From positions 1,590,001 to 1,622,000 of the forward strand of contig NZ_AP028907.1 of assembly GCF_036323395.1 (NCBI RefSeq): a stretch of 32,000 bases of DNA, in the 5' to 3' direction. Each line of letters opens with the position of its first letter. Positions within the stretch are counted from its first letter, which is position 1. The translations under genes were made by a program, and so were the position numbers. This DNA comes from Pyrodictium abyssi (GTDB taxonomy: Archaea; Thermoproteota; Thermoprotei_A; Sulfolobales; Pyrodictiaceae). Positions 9,553-18,675 of this stretch are shown one piece after another. The notes beneath the pieces were generated by a model that saw only the letters and a program-made list of their open reading frames with translations, made no database searches and was not told the origin of the DNA.

Positions 9553-9870
9553 CTAGCTCTTTTCCTGTTCCTGCTTCTTCTCTGTCTCTTCTAGCTCTTT
9601 TTCGAGTCGTTTGAGCTCCTCCTCGAGCTCTTTCTCTATCTCCTCGATGGGCTTGGGCGGCGGCGTGGTTGCCAGCGTGTAGCCTATCCAGGCCAGTATG
9701 CCGAAGACCCCCGCCACGGCTATGAACGCTGTCAGCTTCAGCAGCAGCACGTCGAGCCCCTCACGCGGCGGCGCAAACAGTAGCCAGCCATACACCACGA
9801 TAACGACAATAGAGACCACAACAAGCAGCGCGCCAACAGCCCTATCCGAAGGCATCGCCTGGGTCACCAT
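9553..9870 (-). CDS. small membrane protein (2 TM) with highly charged C-terminal coiled coil
   Basis: Two hydrophobic spans are followed by IEEIEKELEEELKRLEKELEETEKKQEQEKS. ATG at 9870 has a TATA box about 26 nt upstream. Confidence 0.6.
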   Translation of the reverse strand: MVTQAMPSDRAVGALLVVVSIVVIVVYGWLLFAPPREGLDVLLLKLTAFIAVAGVFGILAWIGYTLATTPPPKPIEEIEKELEEELKRLEKELEETEKKQEQEKS

Positions 9871-9892
9871 CTACGGCTTTCACGGGGCATGC

Positions 9893-9900
9893 TATAAAAA
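9893..9900 (-). promoter_or_regulatory. TATA box (TTTTTATA on the minus strand) for the 9553..9870 gene, leaderless geometry
   Basis: Plus strand reads gctataaaaatcc. The centre is about 26 nt upstream of ATG 9870, and the region is divergent with the thioesterase gene. Confidence 0.4.
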
Positions 9901-9946
9901 TCCTCGCTGATGGCAGCCAGTATGCCCTCTAGGGTGCCGCCCCGGC

Positions 9947-10432
9947 ATGGCTGACAAGCCCCTCTTCGCGGCGCGGTACCGTGTCCACTGGAGCGAGACA
10001 GACGCTGCAGGGATAATGCATTTCAGCAACTTCTTCCGGGTAATCGAGCGCTGCGAGGAGGACCTCCTAGCCAGCCTCGACCTCATGGACAGGATAGTGG
10101 GCCACGGGATACCGCCAATAGCGTTCCCACGCGTCCACGCCGAGTGCCAGTACCAGGCCCCCCTAAGGCTCGCTGACACCTACCGCGTCGAGGTGACCAG
10201 CATAGAGATAGGGAGGACCAGCATAGCCTACAGGTTCCGCATCGTGAACGAGACCCTGGGCCGCGTCTCAGCCGAGTGCAGTATAGTGGCAGTAGCATAC
10301 AGTCTAGCCGAAGGCAGGCCCATACCGGTCCCAGAGGAGATGAGGAAAAAGCTCCTAGAGATAGGGGCAGCAGAAAAGAACAACCAGAAGCAGCAGGAAG
10401 GCCAGCGGGACCCGGCCACCGGGAGCAGCTAG
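9947..10432 (+). CDS. acyl-CoA thioesterase, hotdog fold (4HBT/YbgC-like)
   Basis: YRVHWSETDAAGIMHFSNFFRVIERCEEDLL is the typical 4HBT-family N-terminal catalytic region. The length of 161 aa fits. Confidence 0.8.
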   Translation: MADKPLFAARYRVHWSETDAAGIMHFSNFFRVIERCEEDLLASLDLMDRIVGHGIPPIAFPRVHAECQYQAPLRLADTYRVEVTSIEIGRTSIAYRFRIVNETLGRVSAECSIVAVAYSLAEGRPIPVPEEMRKKLLEIGAAEKNNQKQQEGQRDPATGSS

Positions 10433-10503
10433 CCGGTTCAGCCGCTAAACCAGCATCTCGGACTATCCAGGCGCCCCGGCTCCCTACCCTCCCGGGCTCC
10501 CCG

Positions 10504-11112
10504 TTGGCAGTGTGCGTTAGCGTCGAGGGCGAGGTCTGGGCCAGGGGTAGGCTCCTCTACCGTGTCGAGGGGCTGGACCTCCCCTGCCGTGGCGTTGCAG
10601 CACTGATAGGCAGCAATGGTAGTGGTAAATCGACGCTGCTCCGCGCCCTAGCCGGGCTAGCTGGGGGCGTCGCGGGTAGGGCGTGGGCGCGTAGACCCAT
10701 AGCCTATATGCCGGAGGACAGCTTCTCGCCGCCAGGCGCGCGTGTAGCAGACTGGCTCCGGCTCAACGGTGTAGACCCCCGTGTCGCCGAGGGCCTCCTG
10801 CCGAGGAGGTACCTGTATTCCAGGATACGCGGCCTTAGCCGCGGGTGGCGCCGCTTCGTAGAGCTACTAGGGGTCCTCGGTAACGAGGCGAGTGTCTACC
10901 TTCTGGATGAGCCTTTCTCCGGCATGGACCCCGAGAGGGTAGGTACGGCTGGTGCCCTAGTACGCGGCGTCGCCGAGAGGAGCCTCGTCGTGGTTACGGG
11001 GCAGAGCCTCGCGGCTATAGCCGAGGCTCTCAGCCCAGACCAGGTCCTAATCCTAAGAGGTGGGCGGCTTGAGAGGGCTGAGCGTGTGGAGGCTCACGGT
11101 GTTCACGGCTAA
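10504..11112 (+). CDS. ABC-type ATPase with degenerate signature motif
   Basis: Walker A GSNGSGKST and Walker B VYLLDEPFSGMD, with LSRGWRR replacing the LSGGQ position. The track ORF starts at 10276 inside the thioesterase gene; the first starts after its stop are TTG 10504 and GTG 10510. Confidence 0.75.
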   Translation: MAVCVSVEGEVWARGRLLYRVEGLDLPCRGVAALIGSNGSGKSTLLRALAGLAGGVAGRAWARRPIAYMPEDSFSPPGARVADWLRLNGVDPRVAEGLLPRRYLYSRIRGLSRGWRRFVELLGVLGNEASVYLLDEPFSGMDPERVGTAGALVRGVAERSLVVVTGQSLAAIAEALSPDQVLILRGGRLERAERVEAHGVHG

Positions 11113-11116
11113 GACC

Positions 11117-11719
11117 ATGCTCCAGGGACGTATGCTCCTCCTAGCAGCCCTTGTGGGGGCGCTGCTCGCCCAAGACAGTGGGGCGCGGGGTGTCCCGGAG
11201 GAGCTACTGGGGCTCGTTGCAGGCGGCGGCGCTGCCGTCCTCGCCGGGGTGGCGGCGATGACGCTCATGTTGTCCTCGGGTAGGTTTAGCGAGTACTGTA
11301 CAGCGAGGCTGGGCTGCCCGGGCTTCGTACTCGGCCTCGGCCTCTCGGCGGCTCTAGCGGCGGCTGCGGCCTCCATGGTGGTTGACGCTGCCCTGCTGGC
11401 GGCCTCGGCTGCGAGGGGCGCCTGGCCCGGGAGCGCTGCCCTTCTCGTGGGCTCCACTGTGTACGCGGCGGCGCTCATGGCGTACGGCTACGCGCTAGCG
11501 GCCTACATCCTCGGCACCACGGTGCCGCTCATACTGCTGCTCATACTGCTAGCCCGGGCCCTGCCCGTCGGCACAGTCGGGTTCTACTACCTGCCGATAG
11601 TGGTGGCTCTCCTGGGGCTAGTGCTCCAGGCAGCAGCGTGCAGTGTTCCACGGCTCCGCGCAGCAGTAGTGGCAGGGGGTGGTGGGAGGTGTTGGAGATG
11701 GAGGCTGTCCGGAGGGTAG
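11117..11719 (+). CDS. Ala/Leu-rich polytopic membrane protein (probable partner of the upstream ATPase)
   Basis: In-frame ATG 11117 lies 5 nt after the ATPase stop. Several hydrophobic spans; no family recognised. Confidence 0.6.
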   Translation: MLQGRMLLLAALVGALLAQDSGARGVPEELLGLVAGGGAAVLAGVAAMTLMLSSGRFSEYCTARLGCPGFVLGLGLSAALAAAAASMVVDAALLAASAARGAWPGSAALLVGSTVYAAALMAYGYALAAYILGTTVPLILLLILLARALPVGTVGFYYLPIVVALLGLVLQAAACSVPRLRAAVVAGGGGRCWRWRLSGG

Positions 11720-12288
11720 CCGAGTACCTGGCAGCGGCCGAGAAGTGCCGCCAGAGGTACCTCTCACTGATAGCCTCGTCGGCGGCGTGGACAGCGTCGC
11801 TGCTACTAGGCTACATGGCGGTGTCCCTGCTCGGCGCGGAGAGCCGCTGGGGCCCCCTGGCGCTGATAGCCGTCGTCGCGGCTAGCTACGCGGCCGCTTA
11901 CGGAGCGGTGTTCGGCCCCCCACGGCTACCCGGGCTGATAGCACGTAGGCTCCACGTCCTGGCTGTTGCCGCCGTGCTCGCGGCGGTGGTGGCGGCGGGG
12001 CCCAGCGGCAGGGGCAGTGATGGAGCCCTACTGCTCCTGCTCGCGCTCCCGACGTTGAAGAGGGCGGCGAGACTGGCCGGGACGAGGCGGGCAGAGCTAC
12101 TAGCCCGGGGCCTAGCGGTACCCCTACTGGTTGTCGCCCTGACTGGCGCTGTGCAGGGTAAGCTGCTAGGGTTCACGCCGTTCATAGTGGCTACAGCCGA
12201 GGCCTTCGTAGCCACGGTTGCTGCCAAGAGGATGGTTGTATGCGGGGACGAGGCGCTCAGAGCCCTCCAGGGGGCTGCAGAGAGCTAG
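11698..12288 (+). CDS. Ala-rich polytopic membrane protein
   Basis: ATG 11698 (MEAVRRVAEYL...) overlaps the end of the previous gene by 22 nt. Four to five hydrophobic spans; no family recognised. Confidence 0.55.
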   Translation: MEAVRRVAEYLAAAEKCRQRYLSLIASSAAWTASLLLGYMAVSLLGAESRWGPLALIAVVAASYAAAYGAVFGPPRLPGLIARRLHVLAVAAVLAAVVAAGPSGRGSDGALLLLLALPTLKRAARLAGTRRAELLARGLAVPLLVVALTGAVQGKLLGFTPFIVATAEAFVATVAAKRMVVCGDEALRALQGAAES

Positions 12289-12605
12289 ACAGGAAGAGGC
12301 TAAGGGAGCTGCTGCTAGAGCCGACTAGGCTACTAATAGTAGCTGTCCTCGCGGAGGGCTGCCGCCGGTTCATAGAGCTGTACAGGCTACTAGGCGTGTC
12401 GAAGGGAAGTCTCCACTTCCACCTAAGAGTCCTCGAAGAAAACTGCGTGGTGACGAGGAGCTACCGTCTCAGCAGCAGCGACCGGCCAGCCCTCATGGTC
12501 TGCCTCAGCAGCGATGCGCGCCGGGTGCTCGTAGAGGCGCTGGAAGAGGTCATAATGGAGCTCGCGGGTATACGGGAAAAGCTGCTAGAGAAAGAAACAG
12601 AGTGA
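12240..12605 (+). CDS. winged-helix (ArsR/TrmB-like) transcriptional regulator
   Basis: LLEPTRLLIVAVLAEGCRRFIELYRLLGVSKGSLHFHLRVLEENCVV is a typical wHTH recognition region. It is the last gene of the ATPase-membrane-membrane-HTH string. The start is uncertain, since ATG 12240 overlaps the previous gene by 49 nt. Confidence 0.65.
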   Translation: MRGRGAQSPPGGCRELDRKRLRELLLEPTRLLIVAVLAEGCRRFIELYRLLGVSKGSLHFHLRVLEENCVVTRSYRLSSSDRPALMVCLSSDARRVLVEALEEVIMELAGIREKLLEKETE

Positions 12606-12637
12606 CGCAGGGGGACGCTGGGGCCCTGCTGCGGCTG

Positions 12638-15130
12638 CTACCTCTCTATTATCACCTCGGCGGGCTCTATGTATGGCTGCCCGCCACCGCTTATCCTTAC
12701 GGTGCCTATTACTGTCACCTTCTCGCCGTAGCTCGGTATCGGGCCCCGGGTTGCGGCCACGTATATCCTGCCAGTGCCGTCGCTGAGCACCCAGTCGCTC
12801 CGCGTAACCGGCGGCGGCTCGTCTAACCCGCTCCAGCCGAGAGACATGCCCTCTATCTTGACCAGCCTGCCCTGGTAGCTCTGAGGGTCCTCGCGTATAT
12901 CGCGTATACTGGCCTCCACCGGCCTGGGAGCGTACGCTATGGGCTTCAGAGTCTCAGCGTCGAACGCCTTTATGCGCGGTAGGCTGCCCGGCGACACCGT
13001 GTATATGGCGTCGTCTATGTAGAGGCTCCTTGCAGCATCCCGGTGCTCCAGTATGGCTACGAGCCCTAGCTTTCCTGCAGCCTCGTCCAGCTTCACCACT
13101 GCGACTCCGCTCTTGGGCTTCACAACCTCCTTTGTAACAGTCTTGCCGTTCACCACGCCCGCGACATAGTAGCGTACAACGCCGCTGACGGGTACCAGGA
13201 TGTAGCCGTGCCGTGCATCCAGTGTGAAGGCGCGGTGACCCCACCTCGGGTCCAGCACGGGGCTCCAGGCGTAGCTCCAGCCCTGCTTGTCGCTGCCGAT
13301 GTACACCCGGCTCAGGACCTCTATCCGCGCGTCGCTGTGCACACGGTACAGGCTTATACGCAGACGCGGCCCCTCACGGCCCACCCCCACCAGTAGCGTC
13401 TCGTTCACAGGGTGTATGTACTCGTCGAAGCCCGGCGCCTCCAGGAACCCAAGCACCCTAGGGTTCTCCGGGTCACTGAGGTCTATAGCGAACAGCGGAT
13501 CCACCTGGCGGAACGTCACCAGGTACAGCCGGGGCCCCAGGAACCTTACCGCGTGGACACGCTCGTCCACCACCACCTCGTCGAGCCTACCAACCTCCTT
13601 CAGCGTGCCAGCGTCTAGGATGTATAGGCTAACCTTGGTGACCCGCCTCCCGTCCTTCTGGCTCTGCTCCTCCAGGACCACGCGCAGCATCCCGTTGTAC
13701 TCGTCGAGCATCCACTGCTTCCGGACAAGCCCGGGCACTACTGTGCTGGCTGCGGCCTCTAGCCGCGGCTCATGGCCTACAGCCACCCTTACGAGCAGGC
13801 TCTTGCCCAGGCTCCGGTAGAGCGTCCTCTCCACGCTCTCCAGCTTCTTCAACAAGTCCTCTATGCTGGCATCCAGCCTGTCGCCTAGGACGCCGTGGAG
13901 CTCCTCTACGCCGGGAAGCACCAGGTAGAGGCTACCGCTCGCAGGCATGTATATCGCAGAGGGCTGCGCCCCTATGAGCGTCAGCGTAGCAGCATTCCCC
14001 GTCTCGGTGCTGAACGCGGCTACTATGGTCTCGGTGGCCCCGGGGCCCACTATCACGGGCGGCTCGGGGGCTGGGATCACCCTGGAGGCTATCGCGTCCA
14101 CTATCATGGGCCGTACCAGGGACCCTGTAGAGGTGACCACTACTAGCGTGCCATTGTATAGCCTGGCGTCGTAGAAGCTTCCGGTGATGCTCCTAATCCA
14201 TAGAGGCTCTAGGCTAGGGCTCAGCGCTATTATCCATGTTCTCGGCTCGAGCGGCCAGGGGCTCCTTGCCTCCTCTGCCAGCACTATCAGCCTGCCGCCC
14301 TCCATGTAGAGCCCTCTCACGCGCACATAGTGCTGCACCGGCGCCACGGGCTCCATGTGCCCGTCTGACACCAGTACAAGCCTCTCGTCGCCGACGAACT
14401 CCATTATCTTCCTATACGCGTCGAATACGCCTGCTAGGCCCAGCTTGCCGGGCGGGTACGCCCGGTAGAGCTCAACTCTTCTCCCCGTTGCAACCGCTAT
14501 GTGGGTCCCATTGGTCTTGACTATGTCGGGCTCATCTACTCCAGCGACCTGCACGTTCGTAGCACTATACTCCGGCTGTGCCGGGCTGGACATAGCTGCT
14601 TCAGTCTGTACTTCGAGAGTTATAGGGGCTTGTGCCGCCAGTTGCTCGAGTGTAGCCTGTACAGCGGCTTCCAAGGCCCCTGGCTCCGCGACAGCTACGC
14701 CAAGCCGTATAGGGTAGACTGGGCCGGCCTTGCCAGCTTGGAGTAGGTACTGCCTAACGGCTTCTATGTCCTCCCAGGGTGCTCGGTAGCCGTACCCTGT
14801 CCACTCGAGGCTCACAGTCCTGCTAGCGTTAACCGGGCACGCGGCCATGCCGTTGGGGCCGCTCGGCGCGGCTATAGGGACCCCGCTGCCCGGCCGCTTT
14901 GTCGTGGTTTCGACGGCCCCTGTGGCCGTGCTATTTTGCTGCCCCGGAGTACAGGTAGGCACAGGGGCTGTTGCCACAGTGGTAGTATACGTTGTGCCTC
15001 CGGCCTCTGGCTGGGCGCTTTCGCCGCTTCTCCAGGCGCCAATAAGGTAGCCTGCGGCAAGGCTCACGGCTACGGCCGTCAGGAGGAGAACAGCTAGCCG
15101 TGCATCCGTCCTCATGCCCTTCTCCACCAT
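12638..15130 (-). CDS. secreted/anchored beta-propeller domain protein (COG4880 / Beta_propel family), 830 aa
   Basis: N-terminal signal anchor. Family blocks are YSATNVQVAGVDEPDIVKTNG and VHAVRFLGPRLYLVTFRQVDPLFAIDLSDPENPRVLGFLEAPGFDEYIHP. An extra C-terminal domain of ~100 aa (GRLVKIEGMSLGW...VTVIGTVRISGG) looks OB-like. Confidence 0.85.
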   Translation of the reverse strand: MVEKGMRTDARLAVLLLTAVAVSLAAGYLIGAWRSGESAQPEAGGTTYTTTVATAPVPTCTPGQQNSTATGAVETTTKRPGSGVPIAAPSGPNGMAACPVNASRTVSLEWTGYGYRAPWEDIEAVRQYLLQAGKAGPVYPIRLGVAVAEPGALEAAVQATLEQLAAQAPITLEVQTEAAMSSPAQPEYSATNVQVAGVDEPDIVKTNGTHIAVATGRRVELYRAYPPGKLGLAGVFDAYRKIMEFVGDERLVLVSDGHMEPVAPVQHYVRVRGLYMEGGRLIVLAEEARSPWPLEPRTWIIALSPSLEPLWIRSITGSFYDARLYNGTLVVVTSTGSLVRPMIVDAIASRVIPAPEPPVIVGPGATETIVAAFSTETGNAATLTLIGAQPSAIYMPASGSLYLVLPGVEELHGVLGDRLDASIEDLLKKLESVERTLYRSLGKSLLVRVAVGHEPRLEAAASTVVPGLVRKQWMLDEYNGMLRVVLEEQSQKDGRRVTKVSLYILDAGTLKEVGRLDEVVVDERVHAVRFLGPRLYLVTFRQVDPLFAIDLSDPENPRVLGFLEAPGFDEYIHPVNETLLVGVGREGPRLRISLYRVHSDARIEVLSRVYIGSDKQGWSYAWSPVLDPRWGHRAFTLDARHGYILVPVSGVVRYYVAGVVNGKTVTKEVVKPKSGVAVVKLDEAAGKLGLVAILEHRDAARSLYIDDAIYTVSPGSLPRIKAFDAETLKPIAYAPRPVEASIRDIREDPQSYQGRLVKIEGMSLGWSGLDEPPPVTRSDWVLSDGTGRIYVAATRGPIPSYGEKVTVIGTVRISGGGQPYIEPAEVIIER

Positions 15131-15155
15131 GGTTATGGGTGTCTAGGGGTGCTGG

Positions 15156-15178
15156 ATAGAGCTAGCCCCTAGCTCTAT
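15156..15178. promoter_or_regulatory. perfect palindrome ATAGAGCTAG-ccc-CTAGCTCTAT in the divergent promoter region
   Basis: Read directly: 10-bp arms with a 3-nt spacer, between the beta-propeller gene (start 15130, minus) and the 15245 gene (plus). A further CTAGGGG (15143..15149) is inverted relative to CCCCTAG inside it. Confidence 0.5.
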
Positions 15179-15244
15179 GTGTTCGAAACTCTAGCCTAAT
15201 ATCCCGGGCGCACGCCTCTCGGCCCCCGGGGCCTGGTATAGGCA

Positions 15245-16012
15245 ATGAAGCACATGGTGCTCGCAGTCCCCGCGGCTGTAGCCACGGCCATAGTGCTGAT
15301 CACGGTCACCGTATTCTCTACAGTAGCGGTGGCGGATACAGGCTACACGCCGGTGGCAGTTGCGGTGTACAACGACTCCGTGGCTAGTCCTGGGCAGCTA
15401 CAAGTCCTAGACACTATTGTATGCGGTAATTACACCATCGTAGTCTACGGCGTGGATACTGCGCCGCTACTATCGGTAGCCTACGCTAAGCCCGGCATGG
15501 ATGCTGGCGGCGCGCTGCAATGCCTTGCAGGGACGTCCAAAAAGCTTGGCAAGCAGCCTCTGGCCATAGCGGCGCCGTCTACAGCGACGCTGCAGGCAGC
15601 TAGGGCTCACGTAGAGGCTGTGACGGTGGCCGAGGCGCTGGTCACGGTGGTGAAAGCTGTGAACGTTGCAGGCACTGCTCAAGGGCAAAACGAGACAATA
15701 GTCCATGGAGATGCCGGCCAGCAGGCTGCTGCGTGTACCGAGCCCGCTAGAGAGATTGGCAAGGAGCCCACAGTAGCCCCTATAGTAGTTACTACTGTTG
15801 CCCCGTTGGAGCACGTAGGCAACGGTACATGTTACGCGGGAGAGGCGGTTGAGGTAGGACACTCTACGCTAGACGGTGCAGCGCAAACAGTCTATCAGAC
15901 CCAGTATAGCCGGGCAGGAGCCATGGGCGCGGCTGAAAGGACAGCCATCACCCTCCTTGCAGGAGCGCTAGCGGCGGCAGTGGTGGCGGCGCTATGGCGG
16001 GCAAGGGCCTAG
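15245..16012 (+). CDS. surface/secreted protein with N-terminal signal anchor and C-terminal TM anchor
   Basis: Hydrophobic N-terminus (LAVPAAVATAIVLITVTVF) and hydrophobic C-terminus (ITLLAGALAAAVVAALW). Several N-x-S/T sequons (NDS, NYT, NET, NGT). No family recognised. Confidence 0.65.
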   Translation: MKHMVLAVPAAVATAIVLITVTVFSTVAVADTGYTPVAVAVYNDSVASPGQLQVLDTIVCGNYTIVVYGVDTAPLLSVAYAKPGMDAGGALQCLAGTSKKLGKQPLAIAAPSTATLQAARAHVEAVTVAEALVTVVKAVNVAGTAQGQNETIVHGDAGQQAAACTEPAREIGKEPTVAPIVVTTVAPLEHVGNGTCYAGEAVEVGHSTLDGAAQTVYQTQYSRAGAMGAAERTAITLLAGALAAAVVAALWRARA

Positions 16013-16461
16013 AGGGTGGCGCCAGGGACCCGCTGCTAGAGCTTAGCGGCACCGCACTGCGAGCCTACATGCTCCTCCTCCGCAGCCGCCGGCCCATGGG
16101 CGTGAGGGAGCTCCAGCACCGCCTAGGCCTAAGGAGCCCGAGCACGGCCCGGCACCACCTCGAGCGGCTCGTAGAGCTCGGGCTCGCCCGCCGTGTAGAA
16201 GGAGGCTACGTAGCCGAGCCCCCGAAGACCGGCCTGCTACGCGCCTACATCATCGTGCGCGGCAGGCTCGTACCCCGGAGCCTAGCCACGGCAGCATTCA
16301 CCCTAGCCGCTACCCTGGCCTATGCAGTCCTACCCGGCAGCGACCCAGCAGCTGTAGCGGTGCTCTCCGTGGCCGCTGCGTTATCGTTGCTCGACGCGTA
16401 CACGGCCTACCGGGCAGCCGAGACGCTGAGAATAGACTCGGCACAGCAGCGGCCCAGCTAG
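15994..16461 (+). CDS. winged-helix DNA-binding domain fused to two C-terminal TM segments (membrane-associated regulator)
   Basis: ALRAYMLLLRSRRPMGVRELQHRLGLRSPSTARHHLERLVELGLARR is a wHTH, followed by hydrophobic spans. The ATG overlaps the upstream gene end by 19 nt. Confidence 0.7.
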   Translation: MAGKGLEGGARDPLLELSGTALRAYMLLLRSRRPMGVRELQHRLGLRSPSTARHHLERLVELGLARRVEGGYVAEPPKTGLLRAYIIVRGRLVPRSLATAAFTLAATLAYAVLPGSDPAAVAVLSVAAALSLLDAYTAYRAAETLRIDSAQQRPS

Positions 16462-16580
16462 CCACAAGCCGCCCCAGGCTAGCTAGTTGCCCCCGGGGTG
16501 GTCTAGCTAATCCGCCCGGTGGGCGTCAGCCCCTACACCGCGGCAGCGGAATGCTCCTCCGGAGTATTGGCTGGCCTGGT

Positions 16581-16775
16581 CTAGCCTGCCGTGGCTGCCG
16601 CGTGGAGCGCTACGACGAGCATGGCGGTGATAATGAGCATGACTATGCCCGCGAAGGTCTCTACTCCGCGGAGGAGGTCGTCGTTCTCCCTGCTGCACCT
16701 CTTAAGCAGCTTTGCGCTGCTGTAGAGGGCGAGGGCTATGGCAGCAAGCAGCCCGGGGACCACGAGTAGGGACAA
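16581..16775 (-). CDS. possible small 2-TM membrane protein (64 aa)
   Basis: TTG start, with two hydrophobic spans separated by a charged loop (KLLKRCSRENDDLLRG). It overlaps alternative-frame ORFs and has no family support. Confidence 0.35.
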   Translation of the reverse strand: MSLLVVPGLLAAIALALYSSAKLLKRCSRENDDLLRGVETFAGIVMLIITAMLVVALHAAATAG

Positions 16776-16785
16776 TGTGCCACCC

Positions 16786-16796
16786 CTAGCCCCTAG
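16786..16796. promoter_or_regulatory. second copy of the CTAGCCCCTAG core (within CCTAG-ccc-CTAGG)
   Basis: The same 11-nt core as the centre of the 15156..15178 palindrome. It lies in the intergenic region between the 16775 start (minus) and pepA (plus). Confidence 0.25.
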
Positions 16797-16964
16797 GCTA
16801 AGGCCCGGCCCCCGGGAGGGTCCCGGGGAGTACTGGTCGCCGGGGCTCGGGTGTAGCCTAGGCGATGTATGGAGTTATTGAATGCTTGTCCCGCTTCTGT
16901 GGGTTTCTAAACACTTGGCATGGGCTCTGCCCCCGCGTAGCGGTGTCTTTATCGCCCCTTTGGC

Positions 16965-18461
16965 TTGCTGGCTCCTATACGCTGGTGCAGCTCTGTGCGC
17001 GGCTCACTCGCTGTGGGCAAAGCGGGGGACGGCGTGGACGCTGTCGCGTACGTCGCCGGCCGCGAGGCTCTCGACTGGCTCCGCGCCGTGGACCCCCTCG
17101 CCGGCCACGTTATCGACCTAGGCGATTTCCGTGCGGGGCTAGAGGAGGCCCTAGTCCTCTACCGCATGGGCGGCGCCCCCCGCCTGATACTCTCGGGGGC
17201 TGGCGGCGAGGACGAGTGGCTGGGGCACGCTGAGAGGCTCCGCGTAGCCGTCGCGGCCGCGGTGAGGCAGGCACGCCGCCTCAAGCAGGTCAAGAGGCTC
17301 GGCATAGTCGTCGAGAAGGGGCTCCTAGAGAAGGCCGCAGAGGAGGGCTCCGGGGAGGCCTGGGCGCTGGAGCAGGCACTAGTAGCAGCAGACATGGCCA
17401 ACTACGCCTATAGCCTCCACGGCCGGGGCGAGCGCCCCCACGTCCTCGCGGAGATACGTCTAGAGCCCGGCAACGAGAAGGCCCTGGAGCAGGCTAGGGC
17501 GGTCGCGGAGGGTGTGAGGCTGGCCAGGGACCTGGCGAACGCCCCCGCCAACATAATGGGGCCTGACGGCCTGGAGCAGGAGGCGCGGGAGCTAGCCCGC
17601 CGGCTAGGCCTCGGGATAAGGGTGCTACACCGGGGCGAGCTAGAGAGCCTCGGCATGGGCGGGATACTAGCAGTCGGCGAGGGCAGCGACTCGGAGCCCC
17701 GGCTGATAATACTCGAGTACCATGGCGGAGGCAAGAAGGTCGCTGTGATAGGCAAGGCGGTAGCATTCGACGCCGGCGGCCTCGACCTCAAGCCCCCGCA
17801 GGCAATGCTCGAGATGAAGTACGACAAGAGCGGCGGCGCGGCAGCAATGGGCATAGTAGCTGCAGCGGCCAGGCTCCGCCTCCCCGTAGACCTGGTAGCC
17901 CTCATCCCCGCTGTCGAGAACATGCCTAGCGGCCGCGCCTACAAGCCCCTAGACGTAATACGGATGTACAACGGCACCACGGTAGAGATAGGCAACACCG
18001 ACGCAGAGGGCAGGCTCATAATGGCCGACGCTCTGGCCTACGCCGCGGAGCGCTACAAGCCAGACATAATGATAGACCTCGCCACCCTCACCGGCGCAGC
18101 AGTAGTAGCCCTAGGCAACCACGCAGCCGCCCTCATGTCCAACAACGAGGAGCTAGCATCAAAGCTAGAGCGGGCAGCGTGGCGCGCCGGCGAGCCGGCC
18201 TGGAGGCTCCCCACGTGGCCTGTCTACGAGAAGCAGCTAGAGAGCAAGACCGCGGACACGAGCAACGTCGGCGGCCGCTGGGCCGGCGCCATCACGGCCG
18301 CAAAGTTCCTCGAGAAGTTCGTAGACGGCCGGCCCTGGGCCCACCTAGACATAGCGGGCGTAGCCTGGGTCCAGGACAAGGGGCCCTGGAAGCCATACTA
18401 CCCAGGCGGCGCCACCGGCTGGGGCGTACGCACAGTAGTAGAGCTCCTCCGCAGCCTCTAA
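16965..18461 (+). CDS. pepA: leucyl aminopeptidase, peptidase family M17
   Basis: M17 signature NTDAEGRLIMADAL and the metal/active-site block GKAVAFDAGGLDLKP. The start is uncertain; GTG 16995 gives a more typical N-terminus. Confidence 0.9.
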   Translation: MLAPIRWCSSVRGSLAVGKAGDGVDAVAYVAGREALDWLRAVDPLAGHVIDLGDFRAGLEEALVLYRMGGAPRLILSGAGGEDEWLGHAERLRVAVAAAVRQARRLKQVKRLGIVVEKGLLEKAAEEGSGEAWALEQALVAADMANYAYSLHGRGERPHVLAEIRLEPGNEKALEQARAVAEGVRLARDLANAPANIMGPDGLEQEARELARRLGLGIRVLHRGELESLGMGGILAVGEGSDSEPRLIILEYHGGGKKVAVIGKAVAFDAGGLDLKPPQAMLEMKYDKSGGAAAMGIVAAAARLRLPVDLVALIPAVENMPSGRAYKPLDVIRMYNGTTVEIGNTDAEGRLIMADALAYAAERYKPDIMIDLATLTGAAVVALGNHAAALMSNNEELASKLERAAWRAGEPAWRLPTWPVYEKQLESKTADTSNVGGRWAGAITAAKFLEKFVDGRPWAHLDIAGVAWVQDKGPWKPYYPGGATGWGVRTVVELLRSL

Positions 18462-18501
18462 CGCCCCAGCCCCCTTCCTCGGACCCGGCCCCCTCCCCGG
18501 G

Positions 18502-18633
18502 CTAGACACTGAACTCTAGGTAGTGGTAGCTGGTTCCCTCCTCTCTTATGCCCCATGTTGGCACTACTATGTCGTACACCCTTACGCTCGGATGCACCGC
18601 GCCGGCGGCGCCGTAGACTACGAACCACTGCAC
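18502..18633 (-). CDS. possible 43-aa ORF (VQWFVVYGAAGAVHPSVRVYDIVVPTWGIREEGTSYHYLEFSV)
   Basis: Below the track's size cut-off and found by hand. GTG start directly after an in-frame TGA, with protein-like composition, convergent with pepA. No other support. Confidence 0.2.
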   Translation of the reverse strand: MQWFVVYGAAGAVHPSVRVYDIVVPTWGIREEGTSYHYLEFSV

Positions 18634-18675
18634 TCGTCACAACAGATGAGCTACACGGAGAGAAATGGGGCATAA
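18546..18675. repeat. 11-bp perfect inverted repeat TTATGCCCCAT / ATGGGGCATAA flanking 108 nt
   Basis: Read directly at 18546..18556 and 18665..18675, immediately left of the GC-to-AT transition. Confidence 0.6.

Noticed and set aside
12602-12826. 74-aa plus-strand ORF after the wHTH gene
   Set aside because: It is fully overlapped by the 3' end of the strongly supported beta-propeller gene on the other strand, and its composition is unconvincing.
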